Both the position numbers and the translations under genes were made by a program. The notes below the pieces were generated by a model. It ran no database searches. It was not told where the DNA came from and saw nothing but the letters and a program-made list of their open reading frames with translations. A DNA stretch of 63,366 nucleotides, the filler included, from Basidioascus undulatus (Eukaryota), in the NCBI GenBank assembly GCA_000826855.1. It is 5 parts of 5 records of this genome, joined end to end, with 100 filler letters (N's around TTAATTAATTAA, not from the genome) between each part and the next. Parts side by side here need not be neighbours in the genome. Positions count along the whole stretch, not along the records: positions 1 to 12,619 come from JTLS01000888.1; 4 more parts are not named here. One strand, 5' to 3'. Shown one piece after another: positions 1 through 12,719 of the stretch (its first letter is position 1; every line of letters starts with the position of its first letter).

Positions 1-3000
1 GGGCGGAGGAGATTGAGTGGGGCCAGGTGCGGAGAGGGGGCGAGGAAGGGGAGGAGGGGAAGGATGATGTGGAGGAGGTGCAGATTCCGGCGATGATGAT
101 CGAGGGGGTGCGTAATGCGTTGGGTTATCAGAGAATGGGCGAGGCTGACGAGTGAAATGTGAGGGTCACAGACGCCGATGATGAAAGTCTCGGGCAAAAA
201 CGTGAAGCAGCGTGTGTTCAAGCTAGACCCGGACATCGGTGTCGTTACCTGGGAATCCAAGCGCGAAGGGCGAAGTATGTCTTCCCCTCCGTCTCCCTCC
301 TCCCCTCCCACTCACCCTCCCGTCCCTCTACCCAGTCCCCATAGAATCAATCAAAGAGCTCCGCTCCGGGCCCTCCGCCTCCGCTTTCCTCTCCCAATTC
401 CGTCTCCCGCCCGCCGTCCTACCCCGGTGGCTCTCAATAATCTACATATCCCCCTCCACATCCAAGTACAAGACGCTCCACCTCCTTGCGCACTCGGTCG
501 AGGCGTCCACGGCTTGGCGGGAGGCGCTTGGGCGCCTCTGCGCCTTGCGTCAGGCGCTGTTGAGGAGGGGCGGGGGCGCGACGGGCAAGGGCGAGAGGGT
601 GTGGATGAGACGGCATTGGAGGATGGGGGATACGTCAGGCGATGAGAGGCTGGGGCTGGAGGAGGTTGTCAGGCTGTGTAGGAGGCTCGGGATACAGGGG
701 AGGAGGGAGGATATCGCGGAGAGGTTCAAGGTGGGCTGGCTTCTTCTGGTCCCACTCCCAACCTTCTCTTTACCCTCCTTTCCACCAGCCCTACCCTCTC
801 CCCCCCCTTTGCGTGAACAGTGCATTGACTTATGATTGGGAGGGCGGTGCAGGAAGCGGACACGCAGGACAAAGGCTACCTCGACTTTGCCGCCTTCCAG
901 CGCTTCGTCAAGCTCCTCAAGGCGCGCCCTGAGATCGACACGCTCTGGGCGGACGTCGCGCGCGAGGACGGCGCGCTCGGGTTCGACGACTTTGTGCGGT
1001 TCATGAGGGAGACGCAGAAGGTGCGACTCCGCTCCCTCCTTCTTCTCCTATATCTTGGCCACTAATGGGATGTTGGGTTGGGTACCGGCAGTCCACCGCC
1101 TCAACAGACGACCTCCAGCGCGTGTACGGCAAGTACGCCTCCTCCGCGGCGGGCGGGTCGATGGACCTCGACGGCTTCGCGACCTTCTTGCTCAGCACGG
1201 AGAACAGCGTCTTCGCGGATCAGCACGGCAAGGTTCACCACTACATGGGCCGCCCGCTCCCTGAATACTATGTCTCCAGCTCGCACAACACGTATCTTGT
1301 GGGCAACCAGATCCAGGGGGACTCGACGGTCGAGGGGTATATAAGGGCGCTGCTGCAGGGGTGTCGGAGCGTGGAGAGTACGTGGGTTTCGCTTTTCGTT
1401 TGAAGTGTCTTGGGAAGGGAGAGGGAGAGGGATAGGGAGAAGGAGAGGAAAACGGTACGGTACTGATGCCGGGGTGGAACGCGCGAACAGTCGACGTGTG
1501 GGACGGCGACGAGGAGACGGGCCCGGTGGTGTACCACGGCCGAACGCTGACGGGCAAGGTCCCGCTCAAGGACGTGCTCGTTGCGATCCACAAGTACGCG
1601 TTCGTCGCGAGCCCGTACCCGGTCATCATCTCCGCCGAGACGCACTGCGACCTCGCGCAGCAGGACGTCATGGCCGCGCTCTTTGTCGACGTCTTTGGCG
1701 ACGCCCTCGTCCGCGAGCGCTTGCCTGGGCACGCGAAGGAGGACCTCCCTAGCCCTGCGGAGCTGAAGGGGAGGATACTGCTGAAGGTACGTTGGGTGGA
1801 GGAGGGTAGGAGGAAAGGGAAAGGCAAGTGCTGATGTGTGGGAGGGAGGATGAATAGACAAAGAACTTATATATCGCTCAGGGCGAACCACTCCAGCAGG
1901 CGGCCGTCACCGTCGATGCGTTCTCGTCCTCGTCCGAAGGGTCCTCCGACGTCGACGTGCGCGGTAAGTCGCTGCGTACCCTTCGTTATCGTCGTTCGTT
2001 CCGCCACTCACGCGAGGCTGGACGCTGCAGGCGCGCTCGGCAACCTCATCTCGCGGGTGACGGGCCGCTCGTCGCGAGACGAGGGCGAGCCGGTCCCCTC
2101 GCCCAAGTCGTCGCCCTCCCCGAACCGGAAGTCCTTCGACCTCGCCGTCCCGCGCCCGCGCAAGCCGTCGCACTCACACTCGCGCAACTCGTCCCTCTCC
2201 TCCGTCTCCTCGTCCGACTCGACCACCACGAGCGGCTCGACGTCCGGCGGGGGCGGCAGCGCCGCGACAAAGACGAAGATGTCTCTTGCGCTCGTCGCGC
2301 TGCTGGTGTACACGGTGGGCGTCAAGTGCCGCGGGTTCAACAAGAAGGAGCGCTACGCGCCTGAGCACATGTTCTCGCTCTCGGACCGCACGGGGCGCAA
2401 GACTCTCAGGCAGAGCGCGATAGACCTCGTCAAGCACAACCGCACGCACCTCACGCGCATCTACCCCCACGGCACGCGCGTCCGCTCGGGGAATTACGAG
2501 CCGCACCACTATTGGGCCGCGGGGTGCCAGCTCGTCGCGCTGAATTGGCAGACGGCGGGTAAGCACGCTTTCTTACTCTTTCCTCACCTTCCTCGACCTT
2601 TCGGGCAACTGACGCTGGGTGGGTGGACGCCGTACAGATCTCGCGCTCTGGCTCAACCAAGCGATGTTCGCGCGCAACGGCCGTTGCGGTTACGTCCTCA
2701 AGCCTGAGCCCCTCCGGATCAAGGACAAGCCCGCGCTGTTCCGCAAGGATAGCTACGTGCTCGAGATCAAGGTGCGTCATCCTCCTGCATCTCGACCTTC
2801 TAAGGAAGTTCAAAGCTTAAACTGCTGCTCCCCCCTGCATGCAGGTCATCTCGGGGCAGCAGCTCCCTCGCCCGTCGGACAACGGCAAAGAAGCGGCGAA
2901 GGACGACGTCGTCCTCTCGCCGTTCGTCGAGCTTTCGATTCACGTCCCACAATGGACGTGCTACACCGTCCTCGGGCCAAGCGTGGTCCCCACGCCGGAG

Positions 3001-3285
3001 AAGGCCGAGCGCCGCCGCACGCGCGTCGTCGAGGGCAACGGCTTCAACCCGATCTGGGACGAGACGTTCGACATGCCCTTCGACGTCGTGGGCGACATGC
3101 TCGACCTCGTCTTCCTCCGCGTCACCGTCCGCGAGGCCGAGGACGAGGACCGCGCGCTCGCGCAGTACTGCATCTCCCTGAAGAGCTTGCAGCCAGGGTA
3201 CCGCCACGTGCCCCTCCACGACGCTCAGCTCAGCCAGCTCCTGTTTTCGTCTGTCTTTATCCACAGCAACATCCGTCCCGCGTGA
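1..3285 (+). CDS. PLC1: Phosphoinositide-specific phospholipase C (PH, EF-hand, X, Y, C2 domains); 5'-partial, ~9 introns visible
   Basis: Spliced exons give the X-box PLPEYYVSSSHNTYLVGNQ...CRSVE|DVWDG...VYHGRTLT, the Y-box RTHLTRIYPHGTRVRSGNYEP...GCQLVALNWQT and C2 VISGQQLP...NGFNPIWDE. Introns at 108-171, 275-335, 731-852, 1021-1091, 1378-1490, 1787-1881, 1964-2030, 2559-2637, 2772-2844; TGA ends at 3285. Confidence 0.95.
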
Positions 3286-4088
3286 AGAGATCCATCGATG
3301 ACCCCCTTCTTTCTCTTCATTGTTATTTCACCCTCGCACTCGTTTTGTCTATCCATCTAGCACCATGTTCCATTCACACATCATTCCCTCTGCATTTCAT
3401 TTCCCCTTACTCGCAATACTCTCCTCGCACCCTAATCGTCGCTCGAACGCCTCCAGCCCACCGCACGCGGCACTGCTCCGCTCTTTGGCTAGTTTCATCT
3501 CTCGTCGCTCGCCTTTCGTCCACTGTTTCTTGTTCTCGACACGCTTTCTTGCTCGCCTTTGCCTCGTCGTCTTCTTGCAACCCAATCAAGCGCTTCACTC
3601 GCATCCCATGTACCGCCCCACTTCTCGCACGATACCTGCCTTTACAATCGCACTGTACATACACTCGTCTGTCTGATTTAGATACGATGCTATTGCCCGC
3701 GCATGTGGGAGACCAGTTCCAAGATGGCTGGAGCACTTCCAAGGCTTACTGCAGAGGCAGTCGCAGATATGTGTCTGAGCACCCACGGGTAGACGATCCC
3801 GTAAACCTCGCGATGCCCATTCCGTCCGACTCGCTGATAGCACTGCTTTGTGCAAACTAGCGTGCGGTGCTCTCATCCTAGAACTCGAGACTCGCCAGTG
3901 CTGCTGATTGTAATTTCTCGGCTGCGTACACAGGCCAGGATCCGCCCATGAAAAGGCAGCGAGAAGTGACTGGGTCCTCTACAGAATACCAACCCAAAGA
4001 GCCCATAGATTTCAAACAACAAACAAGCCCAATGACAGACAATCGATTCGAGGAAGGTCGTCGCGAGTCTGAGTCCGACTGCGAGCTT

Positions 4089-5314
4089 TCAGAATTTCTC
4101 CTTGGCCGGGCGCAGGTCCATCTCCAGCGTCCATGCGCCAGGGGACTGTTGATGAAGGAAGAGGTACGCCTGCCAAGAACAGCAGTTTCAGTAATTCAAG
4201 TCCTATAGCACTATGTAAGGGTCGAAATGCTCCGCACCTTCGCAATCGCGTCTTCCGAAAGTGTTGCGCCGGGGTCGTCGAGCCTTGCAGCGCCCTCTGG
4301 TGTCTTCCCAAACAGCTTCCGTACAGCTGCATTCCATACATCCTGATAAGCCCGAACCGCAGGACCACATTTTAGGGAAACACACTGACGCGGAGTCGGG
4401 ATCATCCCGTCCAGCACGACGAACGCGACGTGCACGCCCTTCTGCCCAAACTCCCTCGCGATGCTCTGCGACATCGCCCGCAAGCCGCTCTTGCCCGCCG
4501 CAAACGCTGCGAACCCGGCGCTGCCCCGCGTGGCGGACGTCGCGCCGGTGATGAGCAGCGAGCCCCCTGGCGAGGGCGCGGCGAGGAGGCGCGGGATGAG
4601 GAGCTGTGCGAAGAACAGCGGGGCTTCGCTGTTGGGACGTAGGGGTGATCAGTCCAGCAATACAACAACACGCAGCGGGGGTAGAAGTCGTTTCGAAGTA
4701 CATGTTGATCTGAGTAGAGGCTCGGATGTCCTGCGTTGCATGCTGTCAGCCGGGAGATGACCCTCGTATCACGAGGAAACACAGCACCTGATCCTTAATG
4801 TCGAGGAATGGAATGTTGGACCATTGGGAAGCGTTCCAGATGCCCACCCGGAAGTGGCCGTCCGGCCAGACCTTCGCGATCTCGTCGAAAACGTGTGCGA
4901 GCTCCGACTGCGTGTAGGCACCAATTTGGAAAGCGTCGGCCTGAGGGTAGAGTGCAAGGTCAATGTGTAAGAAAATGGCCTGTACATAGTAGTTTCCATA
5001 CCTCTCCACCAATATCGTGTATGGATGACTTGAGCGCGTTCAAGCCGTTCGAGTCTTACCGGAACGAAAGCCCCAGCCAGAAGTCTTCAGCGCCCAACGA
5101 CGGGTTGGGCGATACGGTTCTGCTTACGACGCGCAACCAGAGCCACTCTATATCCTAAGGACCTGCAAAACTCCCTCCTGTACAATTCTGTTAGATGCAA
5201 GGTGGGTTATAGATAGGACAATGAACCATTGGCTCACGCGACTGCCGCGCCTGTACCCTGCGCCGCGCCGACCCCGACCACAACAGCGATGGCCTTGCTG
5301 TCTCGCTCCCACAT
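4089..5314 (-). CDS. Short-chain dehydrogenase/reductase, multi-exon
   Basis: Spliced product MWERDSKAIAVVVGVGAAQGTGAAVAREFCRSLGYRVALVAR...ITGATSATRGSAGFAAFAAGKSGLRAMSQSIAREFGQKGVHVAFVVLDGMI...QSPGAWTLEMDLRPAKEKF*; Gly-rich Rossmann motif; canonical GT-AG introns keep frame. Confidence 0.88.
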
Positions 5315-5359
5315 CTTATCGGCTGAGGTCTCTTCTGGTGTTCTGGATGGATTTGGGAT

Positions 5360-5387
5360 GCAGACAAGACGCAGACAAGACGCAGAC
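5360..5387. repeat. 11-bp tandem repeat GCAGACAAGAC x2.5 in the 250-bp divergent SDR/RMD1 intergenic region
   Basis: Read directly: gcagacaagac gcagacaagac gcagac. Confidence 0.7.
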
Positions 5388-5563
5388 GCAAGGACCATTC
5401 AAGGAGTGGACGGCCGGCAAACACGCCTGCCGGCCCTTGGCCTTGAACGTGACGCAATTTCTGTTTACGTAAGCGACAGGGGTATCCGAATCCCAGCTGG
5501 GTTCTAACACTCACCCTCTGCTATCAATCAAATCCTCGTATTCTCGCAAACTTACTCTCAGCA

Positions 5564-7860
5564 ATGTCAAACGGTTCATCAAGCCGGCGGTCTCTTCTTC
5601 CCCAGCACGCGGCGCCCACAGTCAGCGGCGTGAGCAAGCGCCCCGGCGACGCGCGCATCAACCGGTGCGTGGTCCCTGACTTCCCCCTCAGACCGCGACG
5701 TGTCCGCTGAACCTCAGACGTGGTGAATAGCACGTCAAAAGTCGCCCACAAGCTGAAGGTTCTTCCCGAAGAACCTGATTCGCTCGCGGGCAAGGATGGA
5801 GCGAAGGAGGAGAGCCCCGAGAGCGGGGAGAGCAGCGAGGAAGACGAGGAGGACGACAGTGCCGAGGTGCAATTCTGTTTTCTGGTTCGAGAGTGACGGG
5901 CATTTGTCGAACGGTTCCTCCTTCAGGTGTACAAACAAATTTCCCAAATCCCCGCTGGAACGGCGCGTAAGGACGCCCGGCTATTGACGAAGAAGGAGAA
6001 GGCGAAGCTTCCGCGTTCGTCCACTTTGGCTTGCATACTGTTCGAAGCACGGCCTTGACAGAGAACCCCACCCTGAAGGCGTCACCGCCTACTGCACTGC
6101 GTCCTCTTACCGGCTGAGCGATCTCCTCAAGCACCTCGAGTCGCGGAAATCGACGCACTCCACCGCACCCCAGCTGTTCGATGACGGTGCGCCTGATCCT
6201 CTCCTTCCCATGGGCACGCCTTCTGACTCGCCCCTGTTCCCCGCTACAGTCATCTACACCCCCTATCTCCCACCTTCCATCTCCACCGCTCCATCCTATC
6301 CGGCCGACGCCGACCTGCTCGGCGACCCCTCGCTCGTCGCGAGAAAGCAGAGCCGCTACGACCGCTTCCAGGTGGACGAGACGCGACGCGTTCCCGAGGC
6401 GTTCTTCTTCTGCGAGTTTGGTGTGACGGTGCTGTGGGGCATGGACGAAGCGATGGAGCGGAGAGTGCTGAGCATGCTGTTGAGTTCCCATCTGCGCGGC
6501 ACATGCTGCAGAGATAGGCTGACGAGCCGCCGGGCAGGAAACGTTTCGAACTAGAGAAACTCGCCGCCGAGGACGTCGAGATGGAGGGTGTGTCTTTCCT
6601 TTCTTCCGCACAGCATCCTAACACCTTGCTAACGCTCGTTTCAATCCCCCAGAGCTCAACTTCTACTACGCGTCCGTTTGCCCCGCCGTTATTGAACTTT
6701 GGACGGCGCAGTGTTGACAAGAACCTCGCCAACATAGTGACTACTCCCGAATCTACAACGACGTTATTGCGCTGCTGCGCGGCTCCTCCTTCATGTGCGT
6801 CTTTTTGACCACGCCTAGGAAGTTACGTTGATTGCGTCTTGCGCTGCTTCAGGACGAAACTCGCGCTGTCATATGCTCTGGCACAAAGCGTGAAGGTGAG
6901 TACGATCCACTCCCAAGCCAGATCGAGCTGGTACTTACAAGGAGTTCACGGTTCTCAGATATCTTTGGTCTGCACGCTTCCTCGCCTTCCCAACTATGCA
7001 GGATCTCATATCTCCACCTCACACAGTTCGAGAAACTCATCGGGTCGACGATCGAGCAGACGAAAGACAGTGCGTGATGTCAGCAGCTTCTTCGCATAAG
7101 ACTTATAGTCTGACGGGCGTCTCTTCTTACGCAGTCCCGCAAGATATCGCTCAGTCCGGCAAGATCGGGGTACGCTTGTCCGTCTCTGGCGAGACGTACC
7201 TCATCCGCTGACCAAACGCTCCGTTGCACCGTCTTAGATGCCGCGTAAAGAAATCATGAAGCAAATCGTGCGGCGCTCGTTGGGGCTATCTCCGCGCCCA
7301 TCCAGATTAACCGACCATTTTTCTTGTGCAGGGCTCCCTGTTCATCCTCCGCATCAACATCAACCTCGTCGGCTCCGTGCTCGATTCGCCCGAGCTGTTC
7401 TGGACGTATCCCGATCTCGAGCCCCTATGTGCGCCTCTCCCCTCGCGCTCCCGATCGAGCAACCCGCCCGACGCTGAGACCCCGGACTTCTGCTCCATCA
7501 CAGACCAAGCCTTCCGACAATATCTGGAGATCCGGCAGCGCATAGATCTGCTGAATACGCGTGTCGAGGGTGGGTGTCTCTGATGTCTCTTTGCCTCCCC
7601 GAACGGCCGCGGTGCTGATGGTGACGGTGACGCCGAACGCAGTTCTCCAAGATCTGCTGAAGCTGCTCAAGGAGAGCGTCTACTCGCGACATTCGGAAGG
7701 GCTCGAGACAGTCGTCATCTGGCTGATCGTTGTGGAGATGTACGCTGCGTTTCTTTGCTGTTTCACACCACGCTATGTTCGTGCCTCAGAACTAATGTTC
7801 TGCAACGTCTGCAGTTTGCTGGGCATACTCACCATCGTGGTCGATCTGACCGTCTCTTGA
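5564..7860 (+). CDS. RMD1: RMD1 / DUF155 family protein, many short exons
   Basis: Spliced motifs LPR|VTAYCTASSY, KLALSYALAQSVK|ISL|FEKLI, GSLFILRININLVGSVLDSPELFW, YLEIRQRIDLLNTRVE and a C-terminal hydrophobic segment match yeast Rmd1. Confidence 0.92.
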
Positions 7861-9248
7861 TCGTCGCATGACCGCGCGTCTTCCGAGACGGATTGTTCAG
7901 TTTCGCGTCTGCCTATGCACACCCACTATTTCTGACGTCGGTCGCTTCGCTGTCGCACTGCTTGTTCTGCCCGGAACTTGAAAGGGGACCACGTGCGATA
8001 GATAGAGATTTGCTCGCTAACGATGCAGGATTCATGCGAGACAGCACCAGGCACCACATACGCAATCAACCGTGGCTACAGGGGGGCGCTCGCCTCGCCT
8101 GCTCGCCAAGCCTCCCACCAATGCTCCTTTGAAACCCCGCCGACGCCATACTTCTCCGCAAGATGCTCGACAGTGAGCCGGAAAGCCTACCCGTCTTCAC
8201 GTGGAACAACTCCTTCGCCCTTGCGTCAGACGAAAAGAGGCTGAGCCGCGAGCAGGTCGCTGCGAAACACATTGCTACTTCACTCGGCGTGTCGTTGCAG
8301 TCACCAGAGATGTTCCACAACGTGCTGTAGGATCAGCCGCGTTTGCCTACTACACGATGCCAACAAAGAAGAAAAGGTGAATTACATAGCACGATTTATC
8401 ACGCTTGAATCCTGTATTCCTGTCCCAAAAAGATCCAGGACAGGGGGTCTCTGCGTTGACTGCGTACGCAACACACACCAGAGCACCTTGAGAATTTTCC
8501 TCCCCCGTAGACGTGAACACTCAAACCACGCAATGAAATCGAGGTGTCTCGAATAGAAAACACAATATACTCATTTAGAGATGTACAACATCACTATCAT
8601 TTGGGACAGAGAGCGGTTCGTAATTCGTATAAGTGATCGCAAGGATATGACTCCTAGCCTCGGGCAGGCATGTACGAGCGCTCCTTCTTCATTACTAGCT
8701 TCTGTCGATTGGCAAATAAACTAGAAAACTAAAATAGAAAACAACACAACTTTTGAGCGCTTATACGTTCCGAACTTCTGTCATATTTGCTTCTTGGGCT
8801 GCGGATATAGCCCGAGCGACGTTGCGGGTCCGCTGAGTAGATACGGACGAGGCGCAAGCGGCTTCTCAAATTGGTCCGTAAAAACTAGGATAGGCATTAC
8901 TAAGTAAGTAAGCTGCTACTTCTCGATGGAGTGAATGATAGCAAGTAACATCCCGAAATGGCTTGCGGCGCGCCTCTATTCTTGCAGCCGTCAGGCAGCC
9001 ATCGATGGGAGCTTCATCGGCCTTCCAGATCAGCGCGCACCAAGCTTGTACGCCCATCCGGACCTTGTGTTATCAGACGCACATCGGCAAAAGCATCTGC
9101 CTTTGGTCTCCAAACACATGTGCACGACGCCCAGAGTACCCAAGAAGCGCAAACGCAGATCCCCACAACACCAAATACAGCCCGAATCCTGAACCAGCAC
9201 GGCTTTCGAACATCGACCGTCCCCATTCCCAGCTGTTGCGTAAAAAAC

Positions 9249-9283
9249 AGCAAGCCGAGAGAAAGCAAGCCGAGAGAAAGCAA
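9249..9283. repeat. 15-bp tandem repeat AGCAAGCCGAGAGAA x2.3
   Basis: Read directly, just downstream of the Est1-family stop codon. Confidence 0.6.
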
Positions 9284-9363
9284 CACTCCGAACGGCGCGA
9301 CATCACCGCCTCTGCACCAAACCCAGCGCAGGCACCCTGCTCCTTAACCCGGACCGGAGCTAT

Positions 9364-12300
9364 TCAACCGAAAGACTGCCCGCGGTACAGCCGCCCATCG
9401 AGACCCGGCGGCAGGTGGTCCGCCGGCCCTGCGAACGGGTTGAAGGGGTCGCCTCCGCTAAACGCCGGTGGCCACGCTGGATGCTGCTGCTGGTACTGAT
9501 GCCGTTGAGGCGAGGGCACCTGCGCCGGCGAGCGCGACTGGCCGATCGCGCCCCAGGGGGACCCGCTCGAGCCGGCTGTCGGAGGGAGAGCGATGCCTGG
9601 CGGGGTCGACGTCGCGAATGCTGGCGGCTGCTGGGCGAAGTGATTCGGCGAGGGTCCCCAGATCGATGGCGAGATGTTGAGGTTAGGAATGCGAGAGGAG
9701 GACGGCGAAGGGAGAGAAGGCGCGCGTGAGAGTCGAGTGGGAGACGGAAGAGGCTGGACGGGCAGAGAGGGAACTTGAGCAGGGGAGGCGCCCGAGAGCA
9801 CGCGCGCGAGCAGATCTGACGCGGTCGTCTGCGCCTGGGGACTCGGCCCGACGAACGGCGGGGATGGGGCGAAGGATGGTGAAGGAGCATAAGATGATGA
9901 AGCAGCGACATTCTCCGCAGGAGGAGTCGGCTGCTGTTGTTGGTGGTGGTGCGGAGGGGACGGTACGAGCGACGTCTCGCCGGATGCGGAGGCAGTAGCG
10001 CCGCCGGAAACGCAAACGCCACGCTGAGGGTACATGATCATCTCCTCGTCGTTGTCGTCCTCCTCGCCAGCATGGTCGCCCGCGGACTCGCGGTCGATCG
10101 CGACGCGGAAGGCTCGCTCGACGATGTCGGTGTCCTCGGTCGCCACGGTGCGCGCGTCGTCGTGCTCGTCGTCGTCGTCGCGAACTGAATGCGTCCGGCG
10201 GGACGGTCCCTCAGACGCTGAATCCGGCGGTGATGGTCGTTTGAAGGGAGAGTCAGAAGAAAGGGTGGGCGTCCGCAACGTCGACCCCGTGGCGGTGTGG
10301 AGGAAGCGCCCGGCGACGACACGGATCTGAGGGACCTTCTGGAGACCTCACGTGCCATCAGCACAGAACAAGGCAAGGACGGGCGATGCGACCCACCTCG
10401 TCTTCCGCGATAACCCTCGCATCCATCAGCAGGTCGCCGATCCTTCCCAGCTGCTCCTCGTTCGGATGCGCCCGCTTCCGCTCCTTGTCCGCGTCCTCCT
10501 GGTCTGGCAGCATCCCCTGCTTGAGCGGCGCAAACCCGCGCATCTCCACATCCTCCTCCAGCGCGCTCTGCAGGCGCGGGAGGCGCTCCGGCGGGAAAGC
10601 GAGCGTGAGGTGGCTCGCGAAGATCGTGTACGCGGCCCAGAAGGACGCGACGCCCTCGAGCAGGTCGGGATTCGGCGGTGTCTTCTCGGACGAACGCCGG
10701 ATGTACTCGAGGTTCGCGCGCAGCCACTTGCTCATGATGCGCAGCGCGGGAAGGAGGCGGCGGAGAGGAGCGGTGATGAGGCGGGCGAGACCGAGCCCGT
10801 CCGAATCATCTTCGGCGTCAGCAGCGGAGCCCGCCTCGGCTTCGGTGGGGTGACTGCGCACCTCGTCGGCGTCGTCTGCTGGCGTCGTCTCGAGCGTCGC
10901 GAGAGCGGACGCCGGCAGGACTTCACGCAGCTGGCTAATCCCGACGCCGAGCAGGGTGCGGAAAGTCGTGAGGACGTGGAGGTGAATGAGAGGTTCGAGA
11001 CTCGGGCGGGGCGCTTTTGCAGTGACGGTCGATGAGCGCTCGCGGGTGTGTTCGGCTGCGGTTGGAAAATAAGTGTCAGCCCCCGCCAAGTCATATGAAA
11101 GGGGTCAAGCGCGATGCACTGTCACGATGAGTGCGGATGTTGTGCAGGGCACAGAGAGAGTAAACGCTCGTCTTCAGGATGGTCTCGGCGGGCAGTGTAC
11201 GTTGTGCGAGGAGCGCGAAGAGCGTGTCCTCGAGGGACGCGGCGTGCGGAACGATCATAGACGGACTGGAAGCACAAAGGTCAGCGGAAGTTGATGAATG
11301 TGCGACGTTCGTCCACATAGCATACCTAGCTTTCAAGAAGAACATCGCCTGCAGGACCGTCCAGCCCCGCTCGAACGCCCGCATGTCCTCCTCGCCGAGT
11401 TCGGCGCCTGGCTCGCGCGGAGGCGGCAAGGGCGACGTCTTGTGCGCCTCATACGCCTTGGCAAATGTTCGGCGAAGGTTGTCGCGAGCGGTATCGAACG
11501 GCTGGGCACCGGCAGACAAGTGTCAGCGCGAGCGGTTTAAAGCTGGATGACGGAGCCCAGGCACCTTCTTGACGCAGAGAGCTCGGTAATAGTAGTATGC
11601 CGCCGAGAACGGGTCAGCCGAGTATGTCGCGATGATGGCGAGCTGGTTGGAGGGGTTGCCTGGAGATCACCCGACGTCAACACCCCCGCGCTCTAAACAG
11701 CCCGATCTGAATGAGAGGGACGGACCATGGTCTGGCAAGAGCAGCTTCGCCTGCTGGTAGCACGCCAGCGCGCGGTCGTAGTTCCTAGCCCTCCGGACCT
11801 TGCCCTTCCCCATCCCCCTCTTCTCCGGGAGATCATGGACCTCCCTCCCCGCGCGCGGCCGGCCGCCCTCCTCGTTGTACTGCTCCTTGTACCGCGCAAG
11901 ATCGCCCAGAAAGATGAGCGCGCGGAACGCGGTGTACAGCTTCCGCTCGCGCTCAGCCTTGTCGAGCGCAATGGGGCCCTCGGGCGGGACGTCGAGGCTC
12001 ATGCGCCGGGGAGACTCGGACGCGGGCCCCGTCGGCGGCGGCGCGTCGGAGGCCAGCGCGTCGAGCGCCGGCCGCGCCTCATTCAGTGCGAAGGCGGTGA
12101 TGAGGCGCGCGATGAGCTGCCGGTAGAATGTCTCCTCGGTCGACAGGAAAGCGCGGAAGCGCTGCAGCAGCCTGCGCCACTCCACGTTGCCCATATCCGC
12201 CAGGTGCCCGCCCCCACCTCCGCCGCGCCGCCGGCCTATGGGCCCGCGACCGTATGTCGCGCCGTCTGCGAGAGAGGCTGATGCGGAGCCCGAGAGTGGG

Positions 12301-12619
12301 ACTTCGTTGAGCGCAGCGGCTGGTGGGGCTGGAGAAGATGCTACCGCGGCTGTGCAGGTCGATGCGCTGGAGCTCGAGCAGCACTCCTCCCCAATCAGTT
12401 CCGTCCCGACATCAGCGGCAACGCCATTCTCCGCCCAGCGTTCACAGGCGGCGTCGCCGGCTGCATCTCGCTCGGACGTCGCACATTCTCCACGCAGCCC
12501 TACTGCTGCGCCCGAGCTCGGGAGCGCCGGCCGGCCGGCTTCCGCGGCTTCCATCGCTGGTGCATCCCGACACGCTCTGGGCGACCAGACATCTCCCTCT
12601 CCCCCGCTGCTCTCCCCCA
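9364..12619 (-). CDS. Est1/Ebs1/SMG5-7 family protein (telomerase/NMD factor), 5'-partial
   Basis: RFRAFLSTEETFYRQLI, RALIFLGDLARYKEQY, YQQAKLLLPDHG|NPSNQLAIIATY...AAYYYYRALCV, PFDTARDNL and LEEDVEMRGFAPL are the Est1 / EST1_DNA_bind pattern. Frame runs into the contig edge; stop at 9364. Confidence 0.88.
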
Positions 12620-12719
12620 NNNNNNNNNNNNNNNNNNNNNNNNNNNNNNNNNNNNNNNNNNNNTTAATTAATTAANNNNNNNNNNNNNNNNNNNNNNNNN
12701 NNNNNNNNNNNNNNNNNNN
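12620..12719. other. Artificial contig linker N44-TTAATTAATTAA-N44
   Basis: 100-bp spacer with a six-frame stop core, identical at all four gaps. Confidence 0.98.

Noticed and set aside
12664..12675. TTAATTAATTAA palindrome recurring every ~12.7 kb
   Set aside because: Synthetic six-frame-stop linker inside the N runs; the periodicity comes from length-sorted contigs.
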